Assembly (NCBI GenBank): GCA_029978585.1
Contig: JAPOJD010000003.1
Location: 1-43,108, forward strand
From: Actinomycetota bacterium
Lineage (GTDB): Bacteria > Actinomycetota > Actinomycetes > S36-B12
DNA length: 43,108 nt
Direction of reading: 5' to 3'
The notes under the pieces were generated by a model. It was given only the letters and a program-made list of their open reading frames with translations, had not been told where the DNA came from and searched no databases. How positions within the stretch are numbered: the first letter of the stretch is position 1; each line of letters starts with the position of its first letter. The position numbers and the translations under genes are program-made. Shown here piece by piece: positions 1 through 8,207 of the stretch.

Positions 1-82
1 CCCCCCCCCCCCCCTGCGGGGGGGTGGGGGGGCGGGCCCCCCAAACCCCGCGGGTTTGGGCCACCCCACCCGCCACTCAACC

Positions 83-421
83 TCAGGAGGTAGTCGACGA
101 CTCCTTCTTGGGGGCACTGGTCGAGGACCCTGCGCTGTCAGATGACGAGGACGACGTTGACGAGGACGACGTCGCTGTCGACGACGATGACGACGACGAT
201 GACGTGGACGATGCCGACGTGGACGACGTCGAGTCCGAGGACTTGGCCCGCGAGTCGGTGCGGTAGAAGCCCGATCCCTTGAACACCACCCCGACATTCC
301 CGAAGCGCTTGCGCAGGGTGCCCCCGCACTCGGGGCACTCGGTGAGCGGGTCGTCGGTGAAGGACTGCACGGCCTCGAGCTCGTGGCCGCAGTCGCTGCA
401 CGCGTACTGGTACGTGGGCAC
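83..421 (-). CDS. FmdB-family zinc-ribbon protein (Rv0991c/Ruc-like redox-regulated chaperone)
   Basis: MPTYQYAC-xx-CG...CPECGG...FKGSGFYRTDSR followed by a long Ser/Thr-rich tail. GTG start at 421 is preceded by GGAGG, and a CIRCE box lies upstream. Confidence 0.9.
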   Translation of the reverse strand: MPTYQYACSDCGHELEAVQSFTDDPLTECPECGGTLRKRFGNVGVVFKGSGFYRTDSRAKSSDSTSSTSASSTSSSSSSSSTATSSSSTSSSSSDSAGSSTSAPKKESSTTS

Positions 422-448
422 GGTTCCTCCTGGGGCGGGCATCCCAGA

Positions 449-475
449 TTAGCACTCCACAGTAGCGAGTGCTAA
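449..475. promoter_or_regulatory. CIRCE element (HrcA operator)
   Basis: Exact consensus TTAGCACTC-N9(cacagtagc)-GAGTGCTAA. It overlaps a minus-strand promoter, TAGCAC(474-469)-17 nt-TAATCT(451-446), pointing into the FmdB gene. Confidence 0.95.
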
Positions 476-542
476 GCCATCCGCGAGGCCGGCCTGGGGA
501 CGACGGCCGAGGCGGCCCTTTGGTGGCGGGTAGGGTCCGGGG

Positions 543-1454
543 ATGGCTATCACCGCTCAGGGACTGGGCAAGTCCTTCGGCTCCGTGCGCGCCGTGGACG
601 ACCTGTCCTTCGAGGTGCCCGAGGGAGTCGTCACCGGCTTCCTCGGTCCGAACGGAGCCGGCAAGTCGACCACCATGCGCCTCATGCTCGGGCTCGACCG
701 CGGGCAGGGCCGCACGCTCTTCGACGGCAAGCCCCTCATCGATCATCCCCATGCCAGCGAGGTCGTGGGGACCCACCTGGACGCCCGGCCCTTCCTGCCC
801 GGCCGCACCGCGCGCGACCACCTGCGCATGCTGGCGACGGATGCGAGGCTGCCCGAATCCCGCATCGACGAGGTCCTCGCGATGGTCGGCCTGACCGATG
901 TCGCCAACAAGCGCCCCAAGGGCTTCTCCCTCGGCATGGCCCAGCGCCTCGGACTCGCCGGGGCCGTCCTCGCGAACCCTCGCGCGCTCATGCTGGACGA
1001 GCCGGCCAACGGGCTCGACCCGCAGTCCATTCAGTGGCTGCGCGAGTTCCTTCGCTCGTACGCCGCCGCGGGCAATGCCGTTCTGGTCTCCAGTCACCTG
1101 CTCAGCGAGATGCAGGTCATGGCCCAGCACGTCGTCGTCATCGCCCGAGGTCGTCTCGTGGCCGACGGGACCGTCGATGATCTCGTCTCCGAGCGCAGCG
1201 ACGTCCTCGTACGCAGCGATGATCCGGCGCGCCTCGCCGAGGCGCTGCGTGCCTCGGGGGCCGACGTGGAACGCGAGGGCGACGACGGCCTGGCCGTGAC
1301 GGGGATGTCCACCGACGACGTCGGCCGCGTCGCGTTCGGGGCGGGGGTTGCCTTGCGCGAACTCGCCCGCCGGCGCGCCAGCCTCGAGGAGACGTTCATG
1401 GAGTTGACCGGCGATTCCCAGGAATTCGCCTTCGCGCCGGGGGAGTCCGCATGA
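543..1454 (+). CDS. ABC transporter ATP-binding protein (ABC-2/BcrA-like exporter)
   Basis: Walker A GPNGAGKST, signature FSLGMAQRL, Walker B LMLDEP, H-loop SSH. Confidence 0.93.
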   Translation: MAITAQGLGKSFGSVRAVDDLSFEVPEGVVTGFLGPNGAGKSTTMRLMLGLDRGQGRTLFDGKPLIDHPHASEVVGTHLDARPFLPGRTARDHLRMLATDARLPESRIDEVLAMVGLTDVANKRPKGFSLGMAQRLGLAGAVLANPRALMLDEPANGLDPQSIQWLREFLRSYAAAGNAVLVSSHLLSEMQVMAQHVVVIARGRLVADGTVDDLVSERSDVLVRSDDPARLAEALRASGADVEREGDDGLAVTGMSTDDVGRVAFGAGVALRELARRRASLEETFMELTGDSQEFAFAPGESA

Positions 1455-2200
1455 GCGGCCCGCTGACCTACGAGTGGGTGCGCATCAGCACGGTGCGCTC
1501 CACGTGGGCGCTCATGCTCGTCGGCGCCCTGGTCCCCGCCGCGCTCGTCCTGTTCGTGACCTGGCTTGTCAACAGCGCCGAGGACTTCCAGGGCGGTCCG
1601 CCGGAGGGTGCCACCGCGGGATTCGCCGGCTTCCTGCCTCTCGTGGCCGCCATCCTGTGCACCATCGGAGCGGCCTCGTTCGGGCAGGAGTACCGCCACG
1701 GCCTCATTCGCATCACCCTGTCGACGTATCCGCGACGCAGCCGGGTCTTCGCGGCGAAGACCATCATGGTCGTCCTCGTCGTGATCCTCGCGGCCATCCT
1801 CGCCATCGCCTGCATCGTCGTCGCCAACGCACTCGGCCCCGCGATCGCGGGCAAGGGACTGGTCTGGGACACGACGGCCCTCGGTCCCCCGGGACTGCGC
1901 GGGGTGATCTACGTCGTCATCTTCGTCCTCATGGCCTTCGCCCTGACGGCGCTCACGCGCAACCAGCCGCTGGGCATCATCGTGCCGGTCGTGCTCGCCG
2001 TGCTCGTCGAGCCGATCATCCAGACGGTGGCGCTCGTGCAGGAGTGGACCTGGATCGACTGGGTGCTCCCCTTCACGGGTGCCACCGCGGGGGTCGGCGC
2101 GGACGGACTCGAGGCGTGGGGCCACCTCGGCGTGTTCTTCCTGTGGTTCCTCGTCCTGGCGATCCCGGCGTGGGTGCTCTTCCTGCGGCGCGACGCCTAG
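1451..2200 (+). CDS. ABC-2 type transporter permease
   Basis: About six hydrophobic segments, N-terminal YEWVRISTVRS and a GQEYRHG motif. ATGA overlap with the ATPase. Confidence 0.88.
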   Translation: MSGPLTYEWVRISTVRSTWALMLVGALVPAALVLFVTWLVNSAEDFQGGPPEGATAGFAGFLPLVAAILCTIGAASFGQEYRHGLIRITLSTYPRRSRVFAAKTIMVVLVVILAAILAIACIVVANALGPAIAGKGLVWDTTALGPPGLRGVIYVVIFVLMAFALTALTRNQPLGIIVPVVLAVLVEPIIQTVALVQEWTWIDWVLPFTGATAGVGADGLEAWGHLGVFFLWFLVLAIPAWVLFLRRDA

Positions 2201-2204
2201 AGCC

Positions 2205-2639
2205 GTGACCGAGCGGCCGCAGCCCCCTCCCGCGTGGACCGGCGCGCGGGCCGTGATCGCGGTGGCCGCCGGCGGCGCGCTCGGCGCCCTCGCGCGCTAC
2301 GGCGTCGACCGGCTCCTTCCGCGCCCCGAGGGGCTGCCCCTGCCGACGTTCACGGTCAACGTGCTGGGCTGCTTCCTCATGGGCCTGCTGGTCGCTGCCA
2401 TCCTGCGGAGGCCCGATGCCCACCCGGTGCTGCGCCCGTTCCTCGCGGTCGGCGTCCTGGGCGGGTTCACGACGTTCTCCACCTACGCCGCGGAGATCCG
2501 CGGCGCGCTCGTCGACGGTCGCGTCGGCCTGGCGTTGGTCTACGCCGTGCTCACCGTGTCCCTGTGCGTGGGAGCGGCGTGGCTGGGGGTGTTCCTCGGC
2601 AGTCGGCGCCGGACGGTTCCCGATGGGGAGGCGCTGTGA
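2205..2639 (+). CDS. crcB: Fluoride efflux channel Fluc, copy 1
   Basis: GGALGALARY, TFTVNVLGCFLMG and GVLGGFTTFSTY motifs. GTG start at 2205 is inferred. Confidence 0.9.
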   Translation: MTERPQPPPAWTGARAVIAVAAGGALGALARYGVDRLLPRPEGLPLPTFTVNVLGCFLMGLLVAAILRRPDAHPVLRPFLAVGVLGGFTTFSTYAAEIRGALVDGRVGLALVYAVLTVSLCVGAAWLGVFLGSRRRTVPDGEAL

Positions 2640-3004
2640 TCGACGTCCTCCTCGTGGCCGTGGGCGGCGGTTGCGGAGCGCTCGCGCGCTACGGGATCTC
2701 CCGCGCCTTCGGCTCCCGCCGGCTCGGGTCCCCGCCGGCGATCCTCGTCGCCAATGTGGTGGCCTCGACCTTCCTGGGCTTCCTCATCCCCTTCGCGCAT
2801 GGGCCGTGGTCGGCGCTGCTCGCGGTGGGGTTCTGCGGTGCGCTGTCGACGTACTCCACGTTCTCCATCGACGTCCTCGAACTCGCAACGCGCCCGGGCT
2901 CGGTCCGCATCGGGCCGCCCCTGGTCTACGCGCTCCTGTCGGTGGTGCTCTGCGTCTTCGGCGTCGGCCTGGGCGCCTTCATCGGTCAGGCGCTGGCGAC
3001 GTGA
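2636..3004 (+). CDS. crcB: Fluoride efflux channel Fluc, copy 2
   Basis: GGGCGALARY, ANVVASTFLG and GFCGALSTYSTF motifs. GTGA overlap with copy 1. Confidence 0.88.
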   Translation: MIDVLLVAVGGGCGALARYGISRAFGSRRLGSPPAILVANVVASTFLGFLIPFAHGPWSALLAVGFCGALSTYSTFSIDVLELATRPGSVRIGPPLVYALLSVVLCVFGVGLGAFIGQALAT

Positions 3005-3601
3005 CTACCCGCCGGACGCGCGGCAGTCGATGAGGCGCGTCGGGGTCAGGATCGCGTCGACGCGCTCGTCGTGACCCTGAGTTGGGACCTCCGCCCAGAC
3101 ATCCTCGTCGCGTAGTACGGCGATCACGGGCGGTGCCTGGCCCGAAGCGCGCAGCGCGGCGATGGTCCGGTCGTAGAACCCGCCCCCCTTGCCGAGACGG
3201 TCGCCGCGGGGCGACGCGGCAAGCGCGGGAACGAGCATCGCGCGCAGTGGCAGCAGGGCCCCCGCCGGACCGGTGGGCTCCTCGATGCCCATGCCGTTCG
3301 GCGCGCGCGGTGCGTCCGCACCGCACCACTCCAGGTCCTCCCCGCGCACCCGCGGGATCAGGACCTCCACTCCGGCACCCGCGAGCGCCGCCAGGAGCGG
3401 GCCGGTCGCCGGCTCGGTGCCGTAGGACACGTAGGCCGTGACCCGCGCCTCGCCCGGCAGAGTGGCGATCGCCGCGAGGGCGGCGCGGGCGAGGGCCTCC
3501 TCGTCGGCCGCCGGGCCGGCGCGACGGGATGCGCGGGCCCGGGCGCGCGCCTCCGCCTTGGCCGCGGCGATGTCCCCGGGATCGGTCGGCATGCTGCCCA
3601 T
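3005..3601 (-). CDS. 5-formyltetrahydrofolate cyclo-ligase
   Basis: AYVSYGTEP, LVPALA, RLGKGGGFYDR and HDERVDAILTP motifs. Divergent from galU as in other actinobacteria. Confidence 0.92.
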   Translation of the reverse strand: MGSMPTDPGDIAAAKAEARARARASRRAGPAADEEALARAALAAIATLPGEARVTAYVSYGTEPATGPLLAALAGAGVEVLIPRVRGEDLEWCGADAPRAPNGMGIEEPTGPAGALLPLRAMLVPALAASPRGDRLGKGGGFYDRTIAALRASGQAPPVIAVLRDEDVWAEVPTQGHDERVDAILTPTRLIDCRASGG

Positions 3602-3639
3602 GGCGCCATTCTCGCCCCGGGCGGATCTAGGGTGAGCCC

Positions 3640-4533
3640 ATGGGCGTCGACAAGGCCGTGATCCCCGCGGCCGGAATGGGCACGCGCTTCCTCCCCGCCA
3701 CGAAGGCCACGCCCAAGGAGATGCTCCCCGTCGTCGACACCCCGGCCATCCAGTACGTCGTCGAGGAGGCGGTGGCCGCCGGGCTTGACGACCTGCTCTT
3801 CGTCACGGGGCGCAACAAGCGGGCGCTGGAGGACCACTTCGACCGCAACCTGGAGTTGGAGGAGGTCCTCGCGGAGAAGGGCGACGACGCGCGCCTGAGG
3901 CTGGTGGAGCGTTCCTCCGACCTGGCCCGGATCCACTACGTCCGGCAGGGACAGCCCCTCGGCCTCGGCCACGCGGTGCTCATGTCCCGCCATCACGTGG
4001 GCCCGCAGCCGTTCGCCGTGCTCCTCGGCGATGACCTCATCGATCCGCGCGATCCGATCCTGCCCCGCATGATCGACGTGCGCGAGCGGCTAGGCGGCTC
4101 GGTCCTGTGCCTCATGGAGGTGCCGCGCGAGCAGATATCGCTGTACGGCTGCGCGGCGGTCGAGGCCACCGGCGAGCCGGGGGTGGTGCGTGTCACCGAC
4201 CTCGTCGAGAAGCCCCCGGTGGAGAGCGCGCCGAGTTCGCTCGCCGTCATCGGCCGCTACGTCCTGGACCCCGCCATCTTCGAGATCCTCGCCGACACCC
4301 CTCCCGGTCGCGGCGGCGAGATCCAGCTCACCGACGCCCTTCAGCGACTGTGCCACCCCGGCGTGCCGGGGGGCGGGGTGCACGGAGTGCTGTTCACCGG
4401 TCGCCGTTACGACACCGGGGATCGCCTGTCATACCTGCAGGCGGTGATCCAACTGGCGCTCGAGCGCGAGGATCTCGGGGGTCCGCTACGCGCTTGGCTC
4501 ATGGGACGACTCGGCCTGCCGGGCGGGGAGTGA
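3640..4533 (+). CDS. galU: UTP--glucose-1-phosphate uridylyltransferase
   Basis: KAVIPAAGMGTRFLPATKATPKEMLP, LGLGHAV, LVEKP and GEIQLTDAL motifs. Confidence 0.96.
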   Translation: MGVDKAVIPAAGMGTRFLPATKATPKEMLPVVDTPAIQYVVEEAVAAGLDDLLFVTGRNKRALEDHFDRNLELEEVLAEKGDDARLRLVERSSDLARIHYVRQGQPLGLGHAVLMSRHHVGPQPFAVLLGDDLIDPRDPILPRMIDVRERLGGSVLCLMEVPREQISLYGCAAVEATGEPGVVRVTDLVEKPPVESAPSSLAVIGRYVLDPAIFEILADTPPGRGGEIQLTDALQRLCHPGVPGGGVHGVLFTGRRYDTGDRLSYLQAVIQLALEREDLGGPLRAWLMGRLGLPGGE

Positions 4534-4541
4534 GGCACGCG

Positions 4542-5765
4542 ATGCGGAGCGTCGAGGAGCACCAGCGGATCGCCCTGGAGGCGGTGCGCCCGCTCGAGCC
4601 CATCACGCTCCCGCTGCTCGACGCCGCCGGCTGCGTCCTCGCGGAAGACGTGAGTGCGGCGTGGCCCCTGCCGTCGTTCGACAACAGCTCCATGGACGGC
4701 TACGCCGTGCTGGCCGCGGATGTCGCGGGCGCCTCGGCGGAATCCCCGGTCACGCTCGACGTGGTGGACGACGTGCCCGCGGGCTACCGCGCCACCGAGC
4801 GCGTCGCCCCGGGCCGCGCGATCCGCATCATGACCGGGGCGCCGCTGCCCGATGGGGCGGATGCCATCGTCCCGGTCGAGGCGACGGATGCGGGCACGGA
4901 CCGGGTCGAGATCCGTTCGCCGGTAGCGCCGGGCTCCTACATCCGGCGCGCCGGCGAGGATGTCCTTGCCGGCACCCCGGTGCTCGAGGTGGGCACCGTG
5001 CTCACCGCGCGCTCCATTGCCCTGGCGACCGCGGTGGGGCGCGCCGAGGTGCGCGTGCACCCGCGTCCGCGCGTCGTCGTGATCTCCACCGGCAATGAGC
5101 TCGTCGATCCCGGGGTGCCGCTGCGCCACGGGCTCATCGCGGACTCCAACAGCGTCATGCTCGTCACGGCGGCACGCGAGGCGGGAGCCACGGCGTACCG
5201 GGCGGGGCCGGTCCCCGACGACGAGGAGCGGCTCATGGCCACGCTCGACGACCAGCTCGTCCGGGCCGACCTCGTCATCACCTCCGGCGGCGTGAGCATG
5301 GGCGCCTACGACACGGTGAAGGCGGTGCTCTCGCGAATCGGCACGGTCGAGTTCGTCAAGGTGGGCATGCAGCCGGGCATGCCGCAGGGCTTCGGGGTGC
5401 TCGGCGACGATGCCATCCCGATCGCGACGCTGCCCGGCAATCCCGTGAGCGCCTATGTCTCCTTCGAGGTGTTCGTGCGTCCGCTGATCCGCCGGATGAT
5501 GGGGTTCGAGCGCGTTCACCGTCCGGCGGTGACCGCCGTGTGCACGGCGGCGTTCGACTCGCCGGCGGGCAAGACGCAGTTCGCGCGCGTCCAACTGCGC
5601 GTGGAGGACGGTCGGTACGTCGCCTACCCGGAGGGCGCGCAGGGCTCGCACATCCTCGGCGGCCTCGCCCGGGCAGACGCACTCGCCGTCATCCCGCCCG
5701 AGGTATCGCGCGTCGAGCAGGGCGATGCCGTCACCGTCATCGACCTGCGGAGGGACGAGCCGTGA
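4542..5765 (+). CDS. moeA: Molybdopterin molybdotransferase MoeA (gephyrin-like Glp)
   Basis: PSFDNSSMDGYA, RIMTGAPLP, STGNEL, TSGGVSMG and LPGNPVS motifs. An alternative GTG start is at 4530. Confidence 0.95.
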   Translation: MRSVEEHQRIALEAVRPLEPITLPLLDAAGCVLAEDVSAAWPLPSFDNSSMDGYAVLAADVAGASAESPVTLDVVDDVPAGYRATERVAPGRAIRIMTGAPLPDGADAIVPVEATDAGTDRVEIRSPVAPGSYIRRAGEDVLAGTPVLEVGTVLTARSIALATAVGRAEVRVHPRPRVVVISTGNELVDPGVPLRHGLIADSNSVMLVTAAREAGATAYRAGPVPDDEERLMATLDDQLVRADLVITSGGVSMGAYDTVKAVLSRIGTVEFVKVGMQPGMPQGFGVLGDDAIPIATLPGNPVSAYVSFEVFVRPLIRRMMGFERVHRPAVTAVCTAAFDSPAGKTQFARVQLRVEDGRYVAYPEGAQGSHILGGLARADALAVIPPEVSRVEQGDAVTVIDLRRDEP

Positions 5766-6268
5766 ACGAGCCGACGCGCGACGAGGGGCTCACCCACCTC
5801 GACGACCGGGGCCGGGCCCGGATGGTCGACGTGAGCGGCAAGGACGTGACCGTCCGCACCGCCACGGCGACCGGACATGTCGAGGTATCGGCCGAGGTGG
5901 TCCGCCTGCTGCGCGAGGGAGGGGTGCCCAAGGGCGACGCGCTGGCGGTGGCACGCATCGCGGGGATCCAGGCGGCCAAGCGCACTCCTGACCTCGTCCC
6001 CCTGTGCCACCCGCTCGCCATTCACGGCGTCACGGTCGACCTCGAGGTGCTCGACGACCACGTGGCGATCGAGGCGACGGTGCGCACCGCCGACCGCACC
6101 GGAGTCGAGATGGAGGCCCTGACCTGCGTCGCGGTCGCGGCACTGGCCCTCGTCGACATGGTGAAGGCCGTCGACCCGGCGACCGTCATCGGCGGCATCT
6201 GCCTGCAGGAGAAGACGGGTGGCCGACGCGGGCACTGGACCCGTGATGCCGATGCGGCGGCACGATGA
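5762..6268 (+). CDS. moaC: Cyclic pyranopterin monophosphate synthase
   Basis: LTHLD..G.ARMVDVSGK, LVPLCHP, TGVEMEALT and EKTGG motifs. GTGA overlap with moeA. Confidence 0.95.
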   Translation: MNEPTRDEGLTHLDDRGRARMVDVSGKDVTVRTATATGHVEVSAEVVRLLREGGVPKGDALAVARIAGIQAAKRTPDLVPLCHPLAIHGVTVDLEVLDDHVAIEATVRTADRTGVEMEALTCVAVAALALVDMVKAVDPATVIGGICLQEKTGGRRGHWTRDADAAAR

Positions 6269-6873
6269 CCCCGGGCTGGCCGGCGAGGCTCAGCGACGGT
6301 CCCGTGGGCCTTCGACCGCTGCGGCTGCGCGACGCGTCCGCATGGCGTGAGGTGCGCAGTCGTAACGCGTCGTGGCTTCGCCCGTGGGAGGCGACGGTGC
6401 CGCTCGACAACCGCGACGTACCCCACACCTACGGCGCGATGGTGCGCCGCCTGCGCGCGGAGGCGCGCGAGGGCCGGGGCCTGCCGTTCGCCCTCACCTA
6501 CGAGGGCCGGTTCGTGGGGCAGGTCACGGTTGGGGGGATCGCGCGCGGGTCGCTCATGAGCGGATACGTGGGCTACTGGATCGACCAGGCCGTGGCCGGC
6601 CGGGGGATCGTCCCCACCGCCGTGGCACTCGCGACCGACCACTGCTTCACCGAGGTGGGCTTGCACCGCATCGAGATCAACATCAGGCCGGAGAACGCTG
6701 CCTCGCTGCGCGTGGTCGAGAAGCTCGGCTTCCGGCCCGAGGGGTTGCGCCTGCGCTACCTCCACATCGACGGAGGATGGCGGGACCACCTCACCTTCGC
6801 CCTGTGCTCGGACGAGGTGCCCGGTGGCCTGCTGCAGAGATGGCGGGCCGCCCAGGCGACCCCCCGCGCCTGA
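6265..6873 (+). CDS. GNAT N-acetyltransferase, RimJ/RimL family
   Basis: WLRPWE, GYVGYWID...AGRG, LHRIEINIRPENAASLRVVEKLGF and DGGWRDH motifs. Syntenic with rimJ (Rv0995). Confidence 0.9.
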   Translation: MTPGWPARLSDGPVGLRPLRLRDASAWREVRSRNASWLRPWEATVPLDNRDVPHTYGAMVRRLRAEAREGRGLPFALTYEGRFVGQVTVGGIARGSLMSGYVGYWIDQAVAGRGIVPTAVALATDHCFTEVGLHRIEINIRPENAASLRVVEKLGFRPEGLRLRYLHIDGGWRDHLTFALCSDEVPGGLLQRWRAAQATPRA

Positions 6874-6995
6874 GTCGGCATGCGACCTGGTCGCGACGCC
6901 GCGGGCAGGCTCCCGGCTCCGCGACCTGCGACACGTTCGCGCATTGACGCGGAGATACCGGGAGATGGCCTGCTGTCCGCATAGCGTTCAGTTTC

Positions 6996-7490
6996 GTGAC
7001 GGGGCTGATCTACGTCGCCATCGTGGGGCTTTGGGCGTGCGTGCTCATCCCCATCTGGCTACGCCGCCATGTGGACGATCAGGCGGCTCGTATCGAGCGG
7101 CACCAGACCGCGATGGGTGCCCTCGCGCGCGTGCACGGCTCGGCCCCCAGTCCCGCGGCGACCGCCTCCCGCCGACGCCGCGTGTGGCTGGGCGTCCTCG
7201 GGTTCGTCGCCCTCGTCGCCGTCACCGGGTGGGTCCTTGAGTTCGTGCCCCTGCCCGGGGTGGCGGCCAGCGTCGGCCTGCTCGTCGCCTTCTGCCTCGG
7301 GATCCTCGTGGCCCGTCGGTCCTCGACCCGCCACGTCGCCTCCGAAGGACGCGCGCCGGCCGAGGAGGCGGCTCCCCTCGGAGAGCTCGTACGCCTGCGG
7401 GGTCGCACGGCGCGCGGGAGACATGCGGCGACATGGACCGCCGCGACCTCCGACGCCGGGGTCGACGACGCGTACGGCCGCACCGCCTGA
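6996..7490 (+). CDS. SepX/GlpR-like membrane protein (short form)
   Basis: N-terminal TM (LIYVAIVGLWACVLIPIWLRR) plus RRRRV followed by two TMs. It sits between the rimJ-like gene and tRNA-Ala, the position of Rv0996/sepX. Confidence 0.65.
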   Translation: MTGLIYVAIVGLWACVLIPIWLRRHVDDQAARIERHQTAMGALARVHGSAPSPAATASRRRRVWLGVLGFVALVAVTGWVLEFVPLPGVAASVGLLVAFCLGILVARRSSTRHVASEGRAPAEEAAPLGELVRLRGRTARGRHAATWTAATSDAGVDDAYGRTA

Positions 7491-7576
7491 CCGCTTCGGC
7501 GCGCGAGCACTTGATAGGCTCGTCGACGCCTCGGCGGGCCATCGCCTCCCCGGGTGCTTCGCGGGTCCGCCCGCGA

Positions 7577-7650
7577 GGGGCTGTAGCGCAGTCCGGTAGC
7601 GCACCTCGTTCGCATCGAGGGGGTCAGGGGTTCAAATCCCCTCAGCTCAA
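7577..7650 (+). tRNA. tRNA-Ala(CGC)
   Basis: Cloverleaf: GGGGCTG / GCGC D-stem / CCTCG-TT-CGC-AT-CGAGG / AGGGG-TTCAAAT-CCCCT / CAGCTCA-A. G3:U70 is present, position 72 is A (mismatch with G1), and CCA is not encoded. Confidence 0.92.
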
Positions 7651-7663
7651 CAGGGAGGTCACC

Positions 7664-8203
7664 ATGGTCGGTTACGACGCCCACGCGGGCAGGGCAACCC
7701 GCATGTTCGCGGGCGCCCTTGTGGTCCTGGCCGCGGGAAGCGCCGTGGCTGCTCTCCTCACGGCTCCGGCGTCCGCTGCCCCCGCCGCGAAGATGAAGTC
7801 CGCCTGCTCCTGGGTCGAGGGCGACGTCGACAACACGTTCACCTGCGGGCCGCTCGCGAATCAGCTGCCCACGCTGTCACTGACGGAGTGCTGGAAGTAT
7901 CCGCCGTCGAAGAACACCTACATCCGGCGCAAGGGCGCTTCGGGATGGCAGGGCGCCGACGTGGGCTACCGGGTGCGGGAGCTCAAGGGCTGCGACAAGC
8001 CCTACCCCTGGAAGACCGTGGTCACCATCCCGGCCGAGACGATGAACGCCTTCGCTCCGCTGAAGGTGGCCCGCTACCGCCTGACGATGCCGGCGAGCAA
8101 GGGAACGTACGACGGCAAGCCCTACTCCTACGGCAAGACGGAGATCACCTGGGGCGTCTGCGTGGTGCCGGAGGGCACGACCGAGACCTGCGCCACCAAC
8201 TGA
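7664..8203 (+). CDS. Hypothetical secreted protein with six cysteines
   Basis: GGGAGG RBS at 7653-7658. Hydrophobic signal peptide ending ...TAPASA/A, GC-rich third codon positions, no family recognised. Confidence 0.75.
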   Translation: MVGYDAHAGRATRMFAGALVVLAAGSAVAALLTAPASAAPAAKMKSACSWVEGDVDNTFTCGPLANQLPTLSLTECWKYPPSKNTYIRRKGASGWQGADVGYRVRELKGCDKPYPWKTVVTIPAETMNAFAPLKVARYRLTMPASKGTYDGKPYSYGKTEITWGVCVVPEGTTETCATN

Positions 8204-8207
8204 GTCG

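Noticed and set aside
1-75. Poly-C/poly-G run and GC palindromes at the window start
   Set aside because: Looks like low-quality contig-end sequence; not interpretable as a G-quadruplex or repeat element without reads.
24-266. Asp-rich 80-aa ORF on the plus strand
   Set aside because: It is the antisense reading of the Ser-rich (TCG/TCC) tail of the FmdB gene and starts in dubious sequence.
476-542. Possible fluoride riboswitch upstream of the crcB-containing operon
   Set aside because: No GGCGATGG...-type aptamer pattern was seen, and the first gene appears leaderless.
7433-7663. N-terminal extension of the 256-aa ORF running through tRNA-Ala
   Set aside because: It overlaps the tRNA; the RBS and signal peptide place the start at 7664.
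7577-8207. Integrative element at tRNA-Ala (also considered at tRNA-Gln and tRNA-Leu)
   Set aside because: No integrase and no duplicated tRNA 3' end (att repeat) seen downstream.
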